A stretch of DNA of 64,000 nucleotides from Trueperaceae bacterium (lineage in GTDB: Bacteria > Deinococcota > Deinococci > Deinococcales > Trueperaceae), in NCBI GenBank assembly GCA_965213925.1, contig OZ243927.1, positions 3,936,001 to 4,000,000 of the forward strand. Reading direction: 5' to 3'. Shown here in pieces: positions 40,261 through 49,612 of the stretch. Both the position numbers and the translations under genes were made by a program. How positions within the stretch are numbered: the stretch's first letter is position 1; every line of letters starts with the position of its first letter. The notes below the pieces were generated by a model. The model was not told the origin of the DNA, searched no databases, and was given only the letters and a program-made list of their open reading frames with translations.

Positions 40261-41119
40261 CTATTCCCCACAGGCGTGGGGATGAACCGTCCTGCGGCTT
40301 GCTATTCCCCACAGGCGTGGGGATGAACCGCTCGAGTTCCGCGCTGCCTAGAACCCTTGCCCTATTCCCCACAGGCGTGGGGATGAACCGACTGTCAAGT
40401 TCACCGTGCCTTTCGACCTGTCCTATTCCCCACAGGCGTGGGGATGAACCGCCGCAGCCCGACATCATCGGGCGCAACCACTTCTATTCCCCACAGGCGT
40501 GGGGATGAACCGAGGCGATCCTTCTCTATCTGCATGTCAAAGACTATTCCCCACAGGCGTGGGGATGAACCGAGTCGAAAGATGAGTTGGCGCTCGAGCT
40601 TATCCTATTCCCCACAGGCGTGGGGATGAACCGGTCTTTTACTGCGCGGCTACCTAATCGGCGTTCTATTCCCCACAGGCGTGGGGATGAACCGCTCGAG
40701 CCTCTGACTCCCGTCCAGCAGCAAAGCTATTCCCCACAGGCGTGGGGATGAACCGCACGCGGGCGAAAAAGCCCTGCGTCCCTTTGGCTATTCCCCACAG
40801 GCGTGGGGATGAACCGACGCCGGGAATGATTTTTTCAAGTCCACTTACCTATTCCCCACAGGCGTGGGGATGAACCGCAAGCGTAAAACCAGGTGCGACG
40901 GTACTTCCCCTATTCCCCACAGGCGTGGGGATGAACCGGGCTCGTTGCGGTTTTGGATAGCCTCTACAACCTATTCCCCACAGGCGTGGGGATGAACCGT
41001 AGATGAGCGCAAGGACGGTAGGAACCAACCCTATTCCCCACAGGCGTGGGGATGAACCGGGCGGCGCAGCCCTCACCCTCTACTCCCTCCCTATTCCCTA
41101 CAGGCGTGGGGATGAACCG
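40261..41119 (+). CRISPR. Type I-E CRISPR array 2: 15 repeats, 14 spacers
   Basis: Repeat CTATTCCCCACAGGCGTGGGGATGAACCG; first spacer 12 nt, others 31-32 nt. Confidence 0.98.
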
Positions 41120-42153
41120 CAGAGATGCGAAGCACCTCGAGTCAAACAACAAACATTGCTAATATTTCGCTAACTGGTATTCGTCCAATACTCGCACCCC
41201 TCCCACCCCTCGAGGAACAAAAACGCATCGTCGTCAAAGTGGACGAGCTTATGGGGCTTATAGACACGCTCGAGGCGCAAGAACGCGCCAAAAGGGACGC
41301 CCGCATGAGGTTCGGCGGTGCGGCGCTAGGCTCTCTCCTAAGCGCAGAGGACGCGGACACGTCTGCGTGGAGCTGGCGGCGCGTGCGGGACAACTTCGAC
41401 CTCTTGTGCGCTGCGCCGGGGAGCGTCGCGGAGTTGCGCAAGGCGGTGTTGCAACTGGCGGTGCAGGGGAAGCTCGTGCCCCAAGACACAAGTGATACAA
41501 ATTGGAAAGAAGTGTCTTTACAAACTTTACTACGAGAAAATTCTCGTAACGGGCTTTCTTCGCGTCCTTCCGATAGCCCTCCAGGTGTCCCGATTTTAAG
41601 AATCAGCGCTGCCACCTCACGCCATGACGCAATAGTAGACGAAAGCGACTACAAATATCTTGAAGTGGATGAAGCTGACCTGAAAAAATACGCCTTAGAG
41701 TCGGACGATTTGTTAGCGTGTCGATTCAACGGCAACCTGCATTATGTAGGAAGGTTTGCCCTTTATTTGAACTACTCGGATGAAACTCGCCTCTATCCAG
41801 ATAAACTCATTAGATTTAGAGTTGACGACACCAAAGTGATACCAAAATATGTCTGTCTAGCTATGAATAGCTCTGAAGGTAGGAAGAAAATAGAATCATA
41901 TTGCGCTACTACTGCGGGCAATATAGGTATAAGCGCGACCAATCTAAAAACTGTCATGATTCCCCTCCCGCCCCTCAACGAACAAAAACGCATCGTCGCT
42001 AAGGTGGATGAGCTTATGGGGCTGATTGACGCGCTGGAGGAGGGGCTAAAGCGGGCGCAGGGGGACGCGGAGCGGCTTTTGGAGGCTGCTGTCCGTAGCC
42101 TCCTCACGCGGAACCGCGCAGCGTCCGCTCGCCGTAGTCACGCCGATGCTTAG
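41120..42153 (+). pseudogene. hsdS: 5'-truncated type I restriction-modification specificity subunit
   Basis: Two PLPPL.EQKRIV.KVDELM repeats and LAVQGKLVPQD; first TRD almost entirely missing; no hsdM/hsdR nearby. Confidence 0.88.
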
Positions 42154-42870
42154 AGCAAAATCGGTTGACGCGCCCTTCTCCGAGTGAGAGGTGAAGGGGT
42201 TTTGGGGTGTAGCGCGGCGTCGCGCCCGCGTCAAAACGGATTTTCACCTCTTTTGATAATGTTTCTCTCAGAGAAACGTGCGGCGAGCGTCCAAATGCCT
42301 TCAAAAACACGCCGACCCAAATAAAAAGACACCTCTCCTTAATACTTTAGACGTTCTTTAGCAAAGTCAAAATCTTTTCGTTTTCTAAAGCGTAGCGTTC
42401 TTTAGGCGCTCTTTAGCGAGGCTTATCTTCTTAACGCTTCTTTGAGCTTGGAGGTTGAGGCTACACTGAGCCCTAGCGCCAAGCGTAAACGCTCGGACTA
42501 GAGCGCGATGTGGTGAGCAGTAACGCTTCCCGTCGCCCATCGGCGTCAGCCACAGTAGCAGCCGCTTGTGCGACCTCCCCCTCTGCTACGACCCAACGGT
42601 AGGGGGTTGGTGAAATCACCGCGAAAGCGCACTGCTGTCTAAGGTCTCAACCTCTTACCAACTGCGTCTCGCGAACAGGGGTGCCTTTATCGGACACAGC
42701 TTCTTGCTGCCACCGCGTCAAGGACTTGGGCGAGTATTCTCTAGCCCCCTGCGGGCTTGCCACTATAGTAGAGGTCTGGCTCCCTAAAAGCTGTGAAACT
42801 TTCAGGGAGGTTTCAATCCCAAGTACCGCAATTCAGAATTCTGTAACACTGTTTTATATATGCTAAAAAA

Positions 42871-43026
42871 ATGAAAACTGTCGCGTTCTTAATAGTAATG
42901 ATGGCTTGCGGATTCCTCGGAATGTCAATAGGTTTGAGCGCTGGATTTGGTGAGCTAGGTTTAGTATTGGGCTTGAGCGTAGGAGCATGGATCAACAAAA
43001 GCGCTAAGTTTGACAATCAAATATAA
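42871..43026 (+). CDS. 51-aa hydrophobic Gly-rich membrane peptide (not in the ORF track)
   Basis: MKTVAFLIVMMACGFLGMSIGLSAGFGELGLVLGLSVGAWINKSAKFDNQI; TATGCT 6 nt before ATG. Confidence 0.55.
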   Translation: MKTVAFLIVMMACGFLGMSIGLSAGFGELGLVLGLSVGAWINKSAKFDNQI

Positions 43027-43324
43027 ATTGCACACGTCCATTTACTAACTGTTGAAGATGACGTACTGGACGTGCTCGAGCGTCCGGGTAAGCCTCAAGC
43101 ATATGCCGTTGCTATGCCGTTTGTACTCGTGAAAGCAGGCTTGGAGTTCGCTTAGGTATCGGTCTCTCGACCACTTACTGAGGTCCTCATTATCTACAGC
43201 TTCGAGCTTCCGGGAAGCGTAAACAGCGCCGGTCCGGGTTCGGCACGGGTCCTTTGCTCTTTCCCAAATTAAATCTAGCTATATCGCTGCTAAAACAGGT
43301 AAGCTCCAGCGCAGTCCGCTGAGC

Positions 43325-43816
43325 TTATAACCCTAGCGCCTCTCGCATCAGCCCAGCCTCGGGAACGTAGCCGGGCATAACCTGGAGGATTTGCCCTTTC
43401 TGGTCTACCACCATAAACGCAGGTACGCCTTGCAAGGACGCCTCGTCATAGAACGCCTCGTCCGGGTCGAGGTAGGCGGTGTCCGTGAAGCTCGAGGCGA
43501 AGTCCGCGCAACTCTCGCGGCTGTCTGCGCCGACGACGACAGCCATAGGGATGCCGTCACTCAACAACTCGGCGCTGAGCGTCTGAATCATCGGTCTCGC
43601 CGCGTGGCAGTGTGGACACCAGGGCGCGACGTAAACGACGAGGCAGCGCCGAGCCTCGCAGCGAACCGCGCTCTCTTGCTCGGGCTGCTCAGCCGCCGAG
43701 AAGCGCTCTAAGGTCAAGGTGGGTAGCATCTGCTGACCTGTCCATGAAGCGGGCAGCGGGGCAAAAAGTAAGGCGAAAGCGGCGAGCACGGAGACGGCGG
43801 CGATAGCGCGTAGCAT
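43325..43816 (-). CDS. Thioredoxin-like (TlpA) exported protein
   Basis: APWCPHC, GVP cis-Pro loop, signal anchor. Confidence 0.85.
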   Translation of the reverse strand: MLRAIAAVSVLAAFALLFAPLPASWTGQQMLPTLTLERFSAAEQPEQESAVRCEARRCLVVYVAPWCPHCHAARPMIQTLSAELLSDGIPMAVVVGADSRESCADFASSFTDTAYLDPDEAFYDEASLQGVPAFMVVDQKGQILQVMPGYVPEAGLMREALGL

Positions 43817-43931
43817 ACCGAGCAGGGTAGCGCAGCCCGTCTCACAGAAACCTTACAGCGCGGATAGAGTAAGACTTTTGTAAGAGCCTCTCCGCTAAGC
43901 TCCAGGTCGAAATTCTTTTGGAGGATGCGAT

Positions 43932-44309
43932 GTGAACAAACTTTTTTCGATGCAGGGTAGGTTAGGTAGAGGCAATTACTTCTTGATCTCAGTCGTGGCG
44001 TTTCTCATTTATATCTTGGTCCTGTTTTTCGTTGGGCTGGCACTAGGCACTGCTTTGTCCGAGGAAGAGCTGACGATGTTTTCTAACGTTCTTATGATTC
44101 CCTATATCATCGTCATTGCGGTGGCGAAGGTTAAGCGCCTGCACGACCTTGACCGCCCCGGCGCTCACTACTGGCTTCAGCTCATTCCGATATACGGGCT
44201 CTACCTCGAGCTTCTTCTATTGCTTAAACCAGGCACAGAGGGAGAGAACCGCTACGGTCCTGGCTCTACGCAGCCACAGACAGTGAGCGACGAGGTATTG
44301 GCGGTCTAA
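43932..44309 (+). CDS. DUF805 membrane protein
   Basis: GRLGR..Y, KRLHDLDR.G and GENRYG motifs. Confidence 0.88.
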   Translation: MNKLFSMQGRLGRGNYFLISVVAFLIYILVLFFVGLALGTALSEEELTMFSNVLMIPYIIVIAVAKVKRLHDLDRPGAHYWLQLIPIYGLYLELLLLLKPGTEGENRYGPGSTQPQTVSDEVLAV

Positions 44310-44881
44310 GTCAGCGTTTTAGCCACTGCTGAAGCGGCGGCTAAAGACAACGTATGTGGAGACGAGCCTGCTCTTAAAGAGCGGGCCTTTTTGATGGCTA
44401 GGGCTGTGACGCTTCGTAAAGTGATGAGAACTCGCGTTGAAGAAACCTCCGTATGTGGCAGTGATCATTAGCTGCTCTAAATGGTATTTGAGCAACTCGC
44501 TTAACGCGAACAGGAACTCTACATTTCCCCATTCATCCTCCTTCTAACCTTCTACTCATAATAGAGATATGGCATATTTCACACTCAAAATTATTGACGC
44601 ACGAATGCCTCGAAAGCGTATCTAAAATGGTGTCAGAAATCGGAATATACAGAATAAACCATGTATATACGTCCAGCATCGCTTAGAAATTCTTGACTCT
44701 TCAACTATAACAAAGCTAAAAAGAGTGGCTTAGGTTCATTACGTTTCTCTCGGAGAAACTTACGTTTCTGACGGGTTTTATGAGAGGTCGCCTGCGCATC
44801 TTATGCGGCGTAAGAGGTGCTTTAAGGTGGAATGACTAAGGAGGAGGGAGTAAGAAGCAAACGAAAGGAGATAGAGATATT

Positions 44882-45103
44882 ATGCAATTTACAGAACGTC
44901 AAGATACGGACAAAAAAGGTCGGTCGTCGGAGAATGTGAGGCTGACGTATACCGTCGAAGAGGTAGCCGAGGCATTAGGCGTCGGCAAGAACACAGCCTA
45001 TGAGCTGGTGCGTTCTCAGCGTCTCAGAGCGGTCAAAATCGGCAGGCGCTACCTCATCCCTCAACAAGAGGTGGGGGAGTTTCTCGAGCGTGAGGCGGCG
45101 TAA
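44882..45103 (+). CDS. Excisionase-like HTH protein
   Basis: YTVEEVAEALGVGKNTAYELV...KIGRRYLIP. Confidence 0.88.
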   Translation: MQFTERQDTDKKGRSSENVRLTYTVEEVAEALGVGKNTAYELVRSQRLRAVKIGRRYLIPQQEVGEFLEREAA

Positions 45104-45199
45104 TACCTGCCTCACACGCAACACCTTGTGCAACCTGTAAAAAGCACGTAATTTCTTAAACCCAAGACAATTCATTCAACCTTTGGAGGTCATACATCT

Positions 45200-47101
45200 A
45201 TGCACCTTAAAGACTCTATTGCCCAAAAGATGGCACAGCAGTTTAGCGACGAGTTTACCCGGCATCCCGCCGCCCACATCGAGTGCGTCTCTAACGGCGC
45301 TGAGGGGAAAAAGGTAGTCACGAGGCATTATCCGCTCTCGGAGAAACGCATCTTGGAGCATCTGAACAGTTCAGACGCGAACGGTCAAAAGGGGGTTGGA
45401 GCGCGGGGCGTCTCCTTCACCTTCCCAGTGGAGGGCAGCGCTGGGAACGGAAAAAGTAAGTGGTACACCAACCGCATTGTTTTTGATTTCGACGACTTAG
45501 TCTTAGACTGGCTGAGCGACCTTGCCCACACGCTCGAGGGCAACGGTATCTACATCTACCTCACCAACGGCACGACGGGGCGCGGCGCACACGTCCATCT
45601 TCCTTTAGAAATCTCTATCCCGCAGCACGAGGCGTACAAGCTGGCAGAAGGATGTGCGGCGTTCTTCGCCGAGCAGGAGTTACCGCGCCCAGAGCTTTTC
45701 CCCTCACGCTCTCATCGTGAGAGCAAGGCTATTCTGCTTCCTTATCGCGGGGCAGCGTCTAGCAAGCACTTAGGATACGGCTATAACCCGCTGCTCGACC
45801 CCACCGAACTCACCCCCATCCCTATCCAGAATTTAGCGCAGCTCAACCGCACCTCCCTCGATGACTTACGGGAGTTCGTCAAAGCGGTCTCTAAACCCGC
45901 GCCGCGCGTGCGCTCAAAAGGGGCGCGGCGTCCGAGCACGCGACATAGCCACGCCGACCCAAATGCCGCGTGGCACGCCGAGCTAGAGCGTGTCGCCCCA
46001 GCGTGGCAGAAGGAGAAGCGGCAATACCTGACGCTCGCTCTGAGCCGCTACGGTCTTTACGACTTGGGGTTGCCTCTCGAGCAGGTTCAGAAGGATGTGC
46101 TCGAGCTGGCACGGCAAAAAGGCGACATCGAAATCAGAGAGAGGTCGAAAGCCATTACGGGAACGCGGGAGAAGATGCAGCGCGGGGAGCCTGTTAGCCG
46201 CAACAACTGGTACAAGAAGGCGGGGCTCGAGCCTCCGGGAAAGCCTGCGCCGAGCCAGGATGTTCTGGACCTCCTAACCGCCCTGGAGAACTTCCTTTTT
46301 GAACATCTGTGGCAGTGGAAACGCAGCGCGGCTCTTACCGATCTCCGGGTGTTACGGACGCTTATCTACGTCGCTCAGCAGCACGGCATCCTTCACGCTG
46401 ACGGCGTCGAGGTCTCTATCAGCCGACGTGAGCTGGCAGAGAGGGCAGGTGTAACCCTGAGTACGGCAAACTCTTCTACCTCGAGATTAAAGGCAAAGGG
46501 GCTCGTTCAGACGCAGCGAGCGGCATATAAAGGTGACGCAGACTCGGTCATTTTGATTTTGCCGCAAATTGACCGCTCCAACATTCTTAACGTTTCTCTG
46601 GAGAAACGTCCAAACACGAGAGGTTTACAGAGTTGTTCTTCGGAGAATCCCTACAAGGGGGGTAGAAAGAGTGTTCTAAGTAAAGGTGTTTGGCATAGCA
46701 TCGCGTGCCCTGTTCTTTTCAGTCAAAAGGGGCTCGGCATGTTGGCTGGACTTATCCTCGACGTGCTTATCCATCTCGGCGGACGTGCCCCTCACGCTCA
46801 GCTCGCCGAGGCGACAGGACGTAAAAGGCGGCAGCTCGACAAACCACTCAAGCGCCTCGTAGACTCCGGCTTGGTTCTCCGGGAAGGTCAGGAATACGTG
46901 CTGCCTGAGAACTTGCCTGCGGCGCTAAAGCGTGCTGCGGAGGTGACAGGTGCGCTCGAGGTGCAGACCAAGCGCAAAGCCTTACATGAGGTGGGACGCG
47001 CCAAGTATGGCGAGTTTTTAGAAAGGCAGCGGGCGGAACGTGAAGCGAGTAACAAGTCTAGGGATAGTGAGTCCGAAGTGGAACTTGCTGATGTGGCTTG
47101 A
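45200..47101 (+). CDS. Replication initiator-like protein: AEP primase-type N-terminus plus two winged-helix regions
   Basis: VFDFDD and TTGRGAHVH motifs; ISRRELAERAGV and AQLAEATGR HTH segments. Confidence 0.65.
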   Translation: MHLKDSIAQKMAQQFSDEFTRHPAAHIECVSNGAEGKKVVTRHYPLSEKRILEHLNSSDANGQKGVGARGVSFTFPVEGSAGNGKSKWYTNRIVFDFDDLVLDWLSDLAHTLEGNGIYIYLTNGTTGRGAHVHLPLEISIPQHEAYKLAEGCAAFFAEQELPRPELFPSRSHRESKAILLPYRGAASSKHLGYGYNPLLDPTELTPIPIQNLAQLNRTSLDDLREFVKAVSKPAPRVRSKGARRPSTRHSHADPNAAWHAELERVAPAWQKEKRQYLTLALSRYGLYDLGLPLEQVQKDVLELARQKGDIEIRERSKAITGTREKMQRGEPVSRNNWYKKAGLEPPGKPAPSQDVLDLLTALENFLFEHLWQWKRSAALTDLRVLRTLIYVAQQHGILHADGVEVSISRRELAERAGVTLSTANSSTSRLKAKGLVQTQRAAYKGDADSVILILPQIDRSNILNVSLEKRPNTRGLQSCSSENPYKGGRKSVLSKGVWHSIACPVLFSQKGLGMLAGLILDVLIHLGGRAPHAQLAEATGRKRRQLDKPLKRLVDSGLVLREGQEYVLPENLPAALKRAAEVTGALEVQTKRKALHEVGRAKYGEFLERQRAEREASNKSRDSESEVELADVA

Positions 47102-47419
47102 GGTCTATTCTGTATATGCAAATAAATATACTTTTAGTAAGCTCGCGTCTTTAGCTTCAAGAGGATAGACGCAGCGAGCGAAGCCCGCTGTCATAGGTAA
47201 ATGCCCATTTGACATGTACTTTAAGAATGAGCGGTCTCGAGAGGTGCACAGTGAAGACCTAAACCATTTTTATGAAGCAGTTCAACATCACTTTTTGGGG
47301 AGCTTTTGCTTGCGCCGCAGTATTGTGCCGAGATAATAGAGAGTCAAATTGCGTTTGGGGTCCATGCCCCCCCTACACCCAAAGACATTAAGAGGAGAGC
47401 GGGGACGAACCCCGCTCAC

Positions 47420-47755
47420 TCACCCGCGCAGTCGTGACGCATGAATCTGCAAGTAGATGTGGTGCCATTTGGCTTCGGCAATCTCGACCTCACTCCGCGC
47501 ACGGCTGAGTTCTACCTCCACGTTGTGAAGCCAGTCGTGCAAAGAACCGTTCGCGCGATATACAGCAGCATTGTGTTCAATTGTGCTGTTCCACTTGGCA
47601 CCTCTTCTAACGTGAAAGGAAGTATATTGATACCAAGCATACTCGCATACGTGAACCGCCTTAGTATGTTCTATGAGCGCTGTACGCAACCTTGTTTTAG
47701 CTTTGGTGAGCGCGTCTGTGGCTTGCCTAAGTTGTTGGTCAAGAGGGTCGCTCAT
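47420..47755 (-). CDS. Hypothetical coiled-coil protein of the element
   Basis: ATG ORF, helical heptads, overlaps the upstream ORF by 4 nt. Confidence 0.55.
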   Translation of the reverse strand: MSDPLDQQLRQATDALTKAKTRLRTALIEHTKAVHVCEYAWYQYTSFHVRRGAKWNSTIEHNAAVYRANGSLHDWLHNVEVELSRARSEVEIAEAKWHHIYLQIHASRLRG

Positions 47756-47967
47756 GCGAGCACCTTCGCTAAGACTCGCGTAGCCGCTTTGGCCGTTGCG
47801 TGGCGGCTTGGCTCGGTGCCGTAAGAACCGAGTACGCGCCGCTGAGTAAGGTCAAGGCGCTGCTTGAGTGTGCCAGCTTGTTGACCGTTGCGTAGGGGCG
47901 TGTAGCGCTTAGGAGAGTGCCAGGTATGACGCACTCCCGACAATCTACTGAGTTTGATATGCTACAT
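47752..47967 (-). pseudogene. Small basic ORF with TAG at codon 2
   Basis: AAAGGA RBS, then ATG TAG, in frame with the 47752-47943 ORF. Confidence 0.4.
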
Positions 47968-48038
47968 GTTGAATCCTTTCAACTGAGAGATTCCCAAAGG
48001 GCTCGAGGCTTTCCAGGCGTAAGCCCTTTGGGTAGCAT

Positions 48039-48084
48039 ACTCTATCACTTGTGATATATATAAGTCAACTACTTGTGATATACT
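48039..48084. promoter_or_regulatory. Divergent promoters with operator repeats
   Basis: TATCACTTGTGATA palindrome; ACTTGTGATATA twice; TATACT 6 nt before the xre ATG; minus-strand TTGACT-N18-TAGAGT. Confidence 0.65.
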
Positions 48085-48090
48085 AGGGGT

Positions 48091-48342
48091 ATGGGGAGAG
48101 TTGTGTGGAAATTGCGAGCGTATCTAGGTGAACGAAACATCAAGCCGAGGGCGGTTGAGAACGAAGCGATAGAACTGGGCTATAGCTTTGGACGGAATAT
48201 GATCTACAGGCTGCTCAGAGATGATGGTCCTGTCAACGTTAATAGAGACACCTTAGCCGCTCTTATCGGGGCGCTGAGGAGTCTCACGGGACGCAAGGTG
48301 AAGGTGCAGGATTTGTTGGAGTACGAGGAAGGAAGCGACTAG
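48091..48342 (+). CDS. Xre/Cro-like HTH regulator
   Basis: WKLRAYL...RNMIYRL...TLAALI..L...DLLEY pattern. Confidence 0.75.
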   Translation: MGRVVWKLRAYLGERNIKPRAVENEAIELGYSFGRNMIYRLLRDDGPVNVNRDTLAALIGALRSLTGRKVKVQDLLEYEEGSD

Positions 48343-48375
48343 CTCGAGGGGGACGAGACCGTTTAGGAGAACATT

Positions 48376-49518
48376 GTGGCGAGACGACGCGGTAAAGGTG
48401 AAGGCAGTATTTTTAAGCGCAAAGATGGCGTATGGCAAGGCGCAGTAACCGTCGGTTACACTGAGGAGGGCAAACAGAAGCGCAAGACGGAATATGGCAA
48501 GACTCAAGCCGAAGTGCGAGGTAAGATTGACGAGATTAAGCATCAGCTCGCAAGCGGTACATTCACTGATTCAAACTTCACGGTCAAAACGTATTTAGAG
48601 CGTTGGTTAGCGGAAAAGGCGCGTCAGGTTGAGAAGAGTACGATGGACTCCTACGAACGCCTCACGCGGCTTCACATCGTCCCACGTATCGGGAGAGTGC
48701 CGCTCGTCAAACTCACTGCTTTGCAGGTACAAAGCATGATGCGCGAGGTCTCAGAGGTCGCAGGCGTGCGCACCGCAAACGCCTGCCGCACTTTGCTCTA
48801 TAGCGTCCTCAAACAAGCAATGCGCTGGCAACTCGTGTCACGCAATGTCGCGGAGGCAGTAGACCCAATCAAGAAAGCCTCGCAAGAGATGGCGCTGTGG
48901 ACACCTGATGAGGCGGTACGCTTTTTAGACACAGCAAGCGGACATAGACTATACGCGGCGTTCTATTTAGCGATGTCTACAGGGTTAAGGCGCGGCGAGC
49001 TGTTGGGTTTACACTGGTCGGACCTCGAGGGGAACGTTCTCCACATTCGGCAGCAGCTCACTTACCGCGAGGGCACATTCGTCTTCAAGCAGACGAAGAC
49101 CGAACGCGGAAAGCGTCGCGTCGCCATCTCGGAGGATGTACTTGACGTGCTAGCGGACCACCGCAAGCGTCAGGATTCCGAAAAGCGATTCTTAGGCGAA
49201 GCGTGGGCAGATACCGACTTAGTTTTCACCTCAGAGGTAGGGACACCTATTCACCCTCGCAACTTCGACAGGACCTGGAAGCAGCTCAAGACGAAAGCAG
49301 GCGTGCCACAAGTAAGACTTCACGACCTGCGCCACCTTCACGTCTCGCTTCTAGTAAAGCAGGGCTTTGACCCCGCTACCATCGCCGACCGCGTGGGGCA
49401 TACTGACCCTGCGTTCACGTTGCGCAAGTACACCCACATGTTCGAAGAGCAGCGTCAAGCCGCCGCTATCGGCGTCAATGACCTGTTGAAAAGTAGGAAT
49501 CCCGGTGATGCAAACTGA
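48376..49518 (+). CDS. int: Tyrosine integrase
   Basis: RRGKGEGSI arm-binding domain; catalytic GLRRGE, HDLRH, VGH and KYTH. Confidence 0.96.
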   Translation: MARRRGKGEGSIFKRKDGVWQGAVTVGYTEEGKQKRKTEYGKTQAEVRGKIDEIKHQLASGTFTDSNFTVKTYLERWLAEKARQVEKSTMDSYERLTRLHIVPRIGRVPLVKLTALQVQSMMREVSEVAGVRTANACRTLLYSVLKQAMRWQLVSRNVAEAVDPIKKASQEMALWTPDEAVRFLDTASGHRLYAAFYLAMSTGLRRGELLGLHWSDLEGNVLHIRQQLTYREGTFVFKQTKTERGKRRVAISEDVLDVLADHRKRQDSEKRFLGEAWADTDLVFTSEVGTPIHPRNFDRTWKQLKTKAGVPQVRLHDLRHLHVSLLVKQGFDPATIADRVGHTDPAFTLRKYTHMFEEQRQAAAIGVNDLLKSRNPGDAN

Positions 49519-49560
49519 ACCCTGTAGCTGTAGTTAAGCTGTAAATGGTGCTGAATGAGA

Positions 49561-49590
49561 AAGCCCCTAGCTAGGCTAGGGGTCTTTTTC
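49561..49590. terminator. Hairpin between the integrase and tRNA, likely bidirectional terminator
   Basis: CCCCTAGC/GCTAGGGG stem with A-rich and T-rich flanks. Confidence 0.65.
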
Positions 49591-49612
49591 TCTGTGCTAG
49601 ACGGGCTTTTCC

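Larger units (their letters stand above)
42157..49612. mobile_element. Integrative plasmid/satellite-like element at tRNA-Ala; left boundary uncertain
   Basis: Tyrosine integrase beside the tRNA 3' end, Xis, primase-Rep, Xre switch; no att duplication seen. Confidence 0.7.

Noticed and set aside
28483..41119. Spacers targeting the neighbouring element or other sequence in the window
   Set aside because: No full-length match was found by eye; a computational search is still needed.
41367..41376. GTGGAGCTGG as the attL copy of the tRNA 3' end
   Set aside because: It is only 10 bp and lies inside hsdS coding sequence, so it is expected by chance.
44761..44777. TTACGTTTCTGACGGGT as a Deinococcus radiation/desiccation response motif
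   Set aside because: It is an imperfect match to a degenerate consensus, and the presence of DdrO in this host is unknown.
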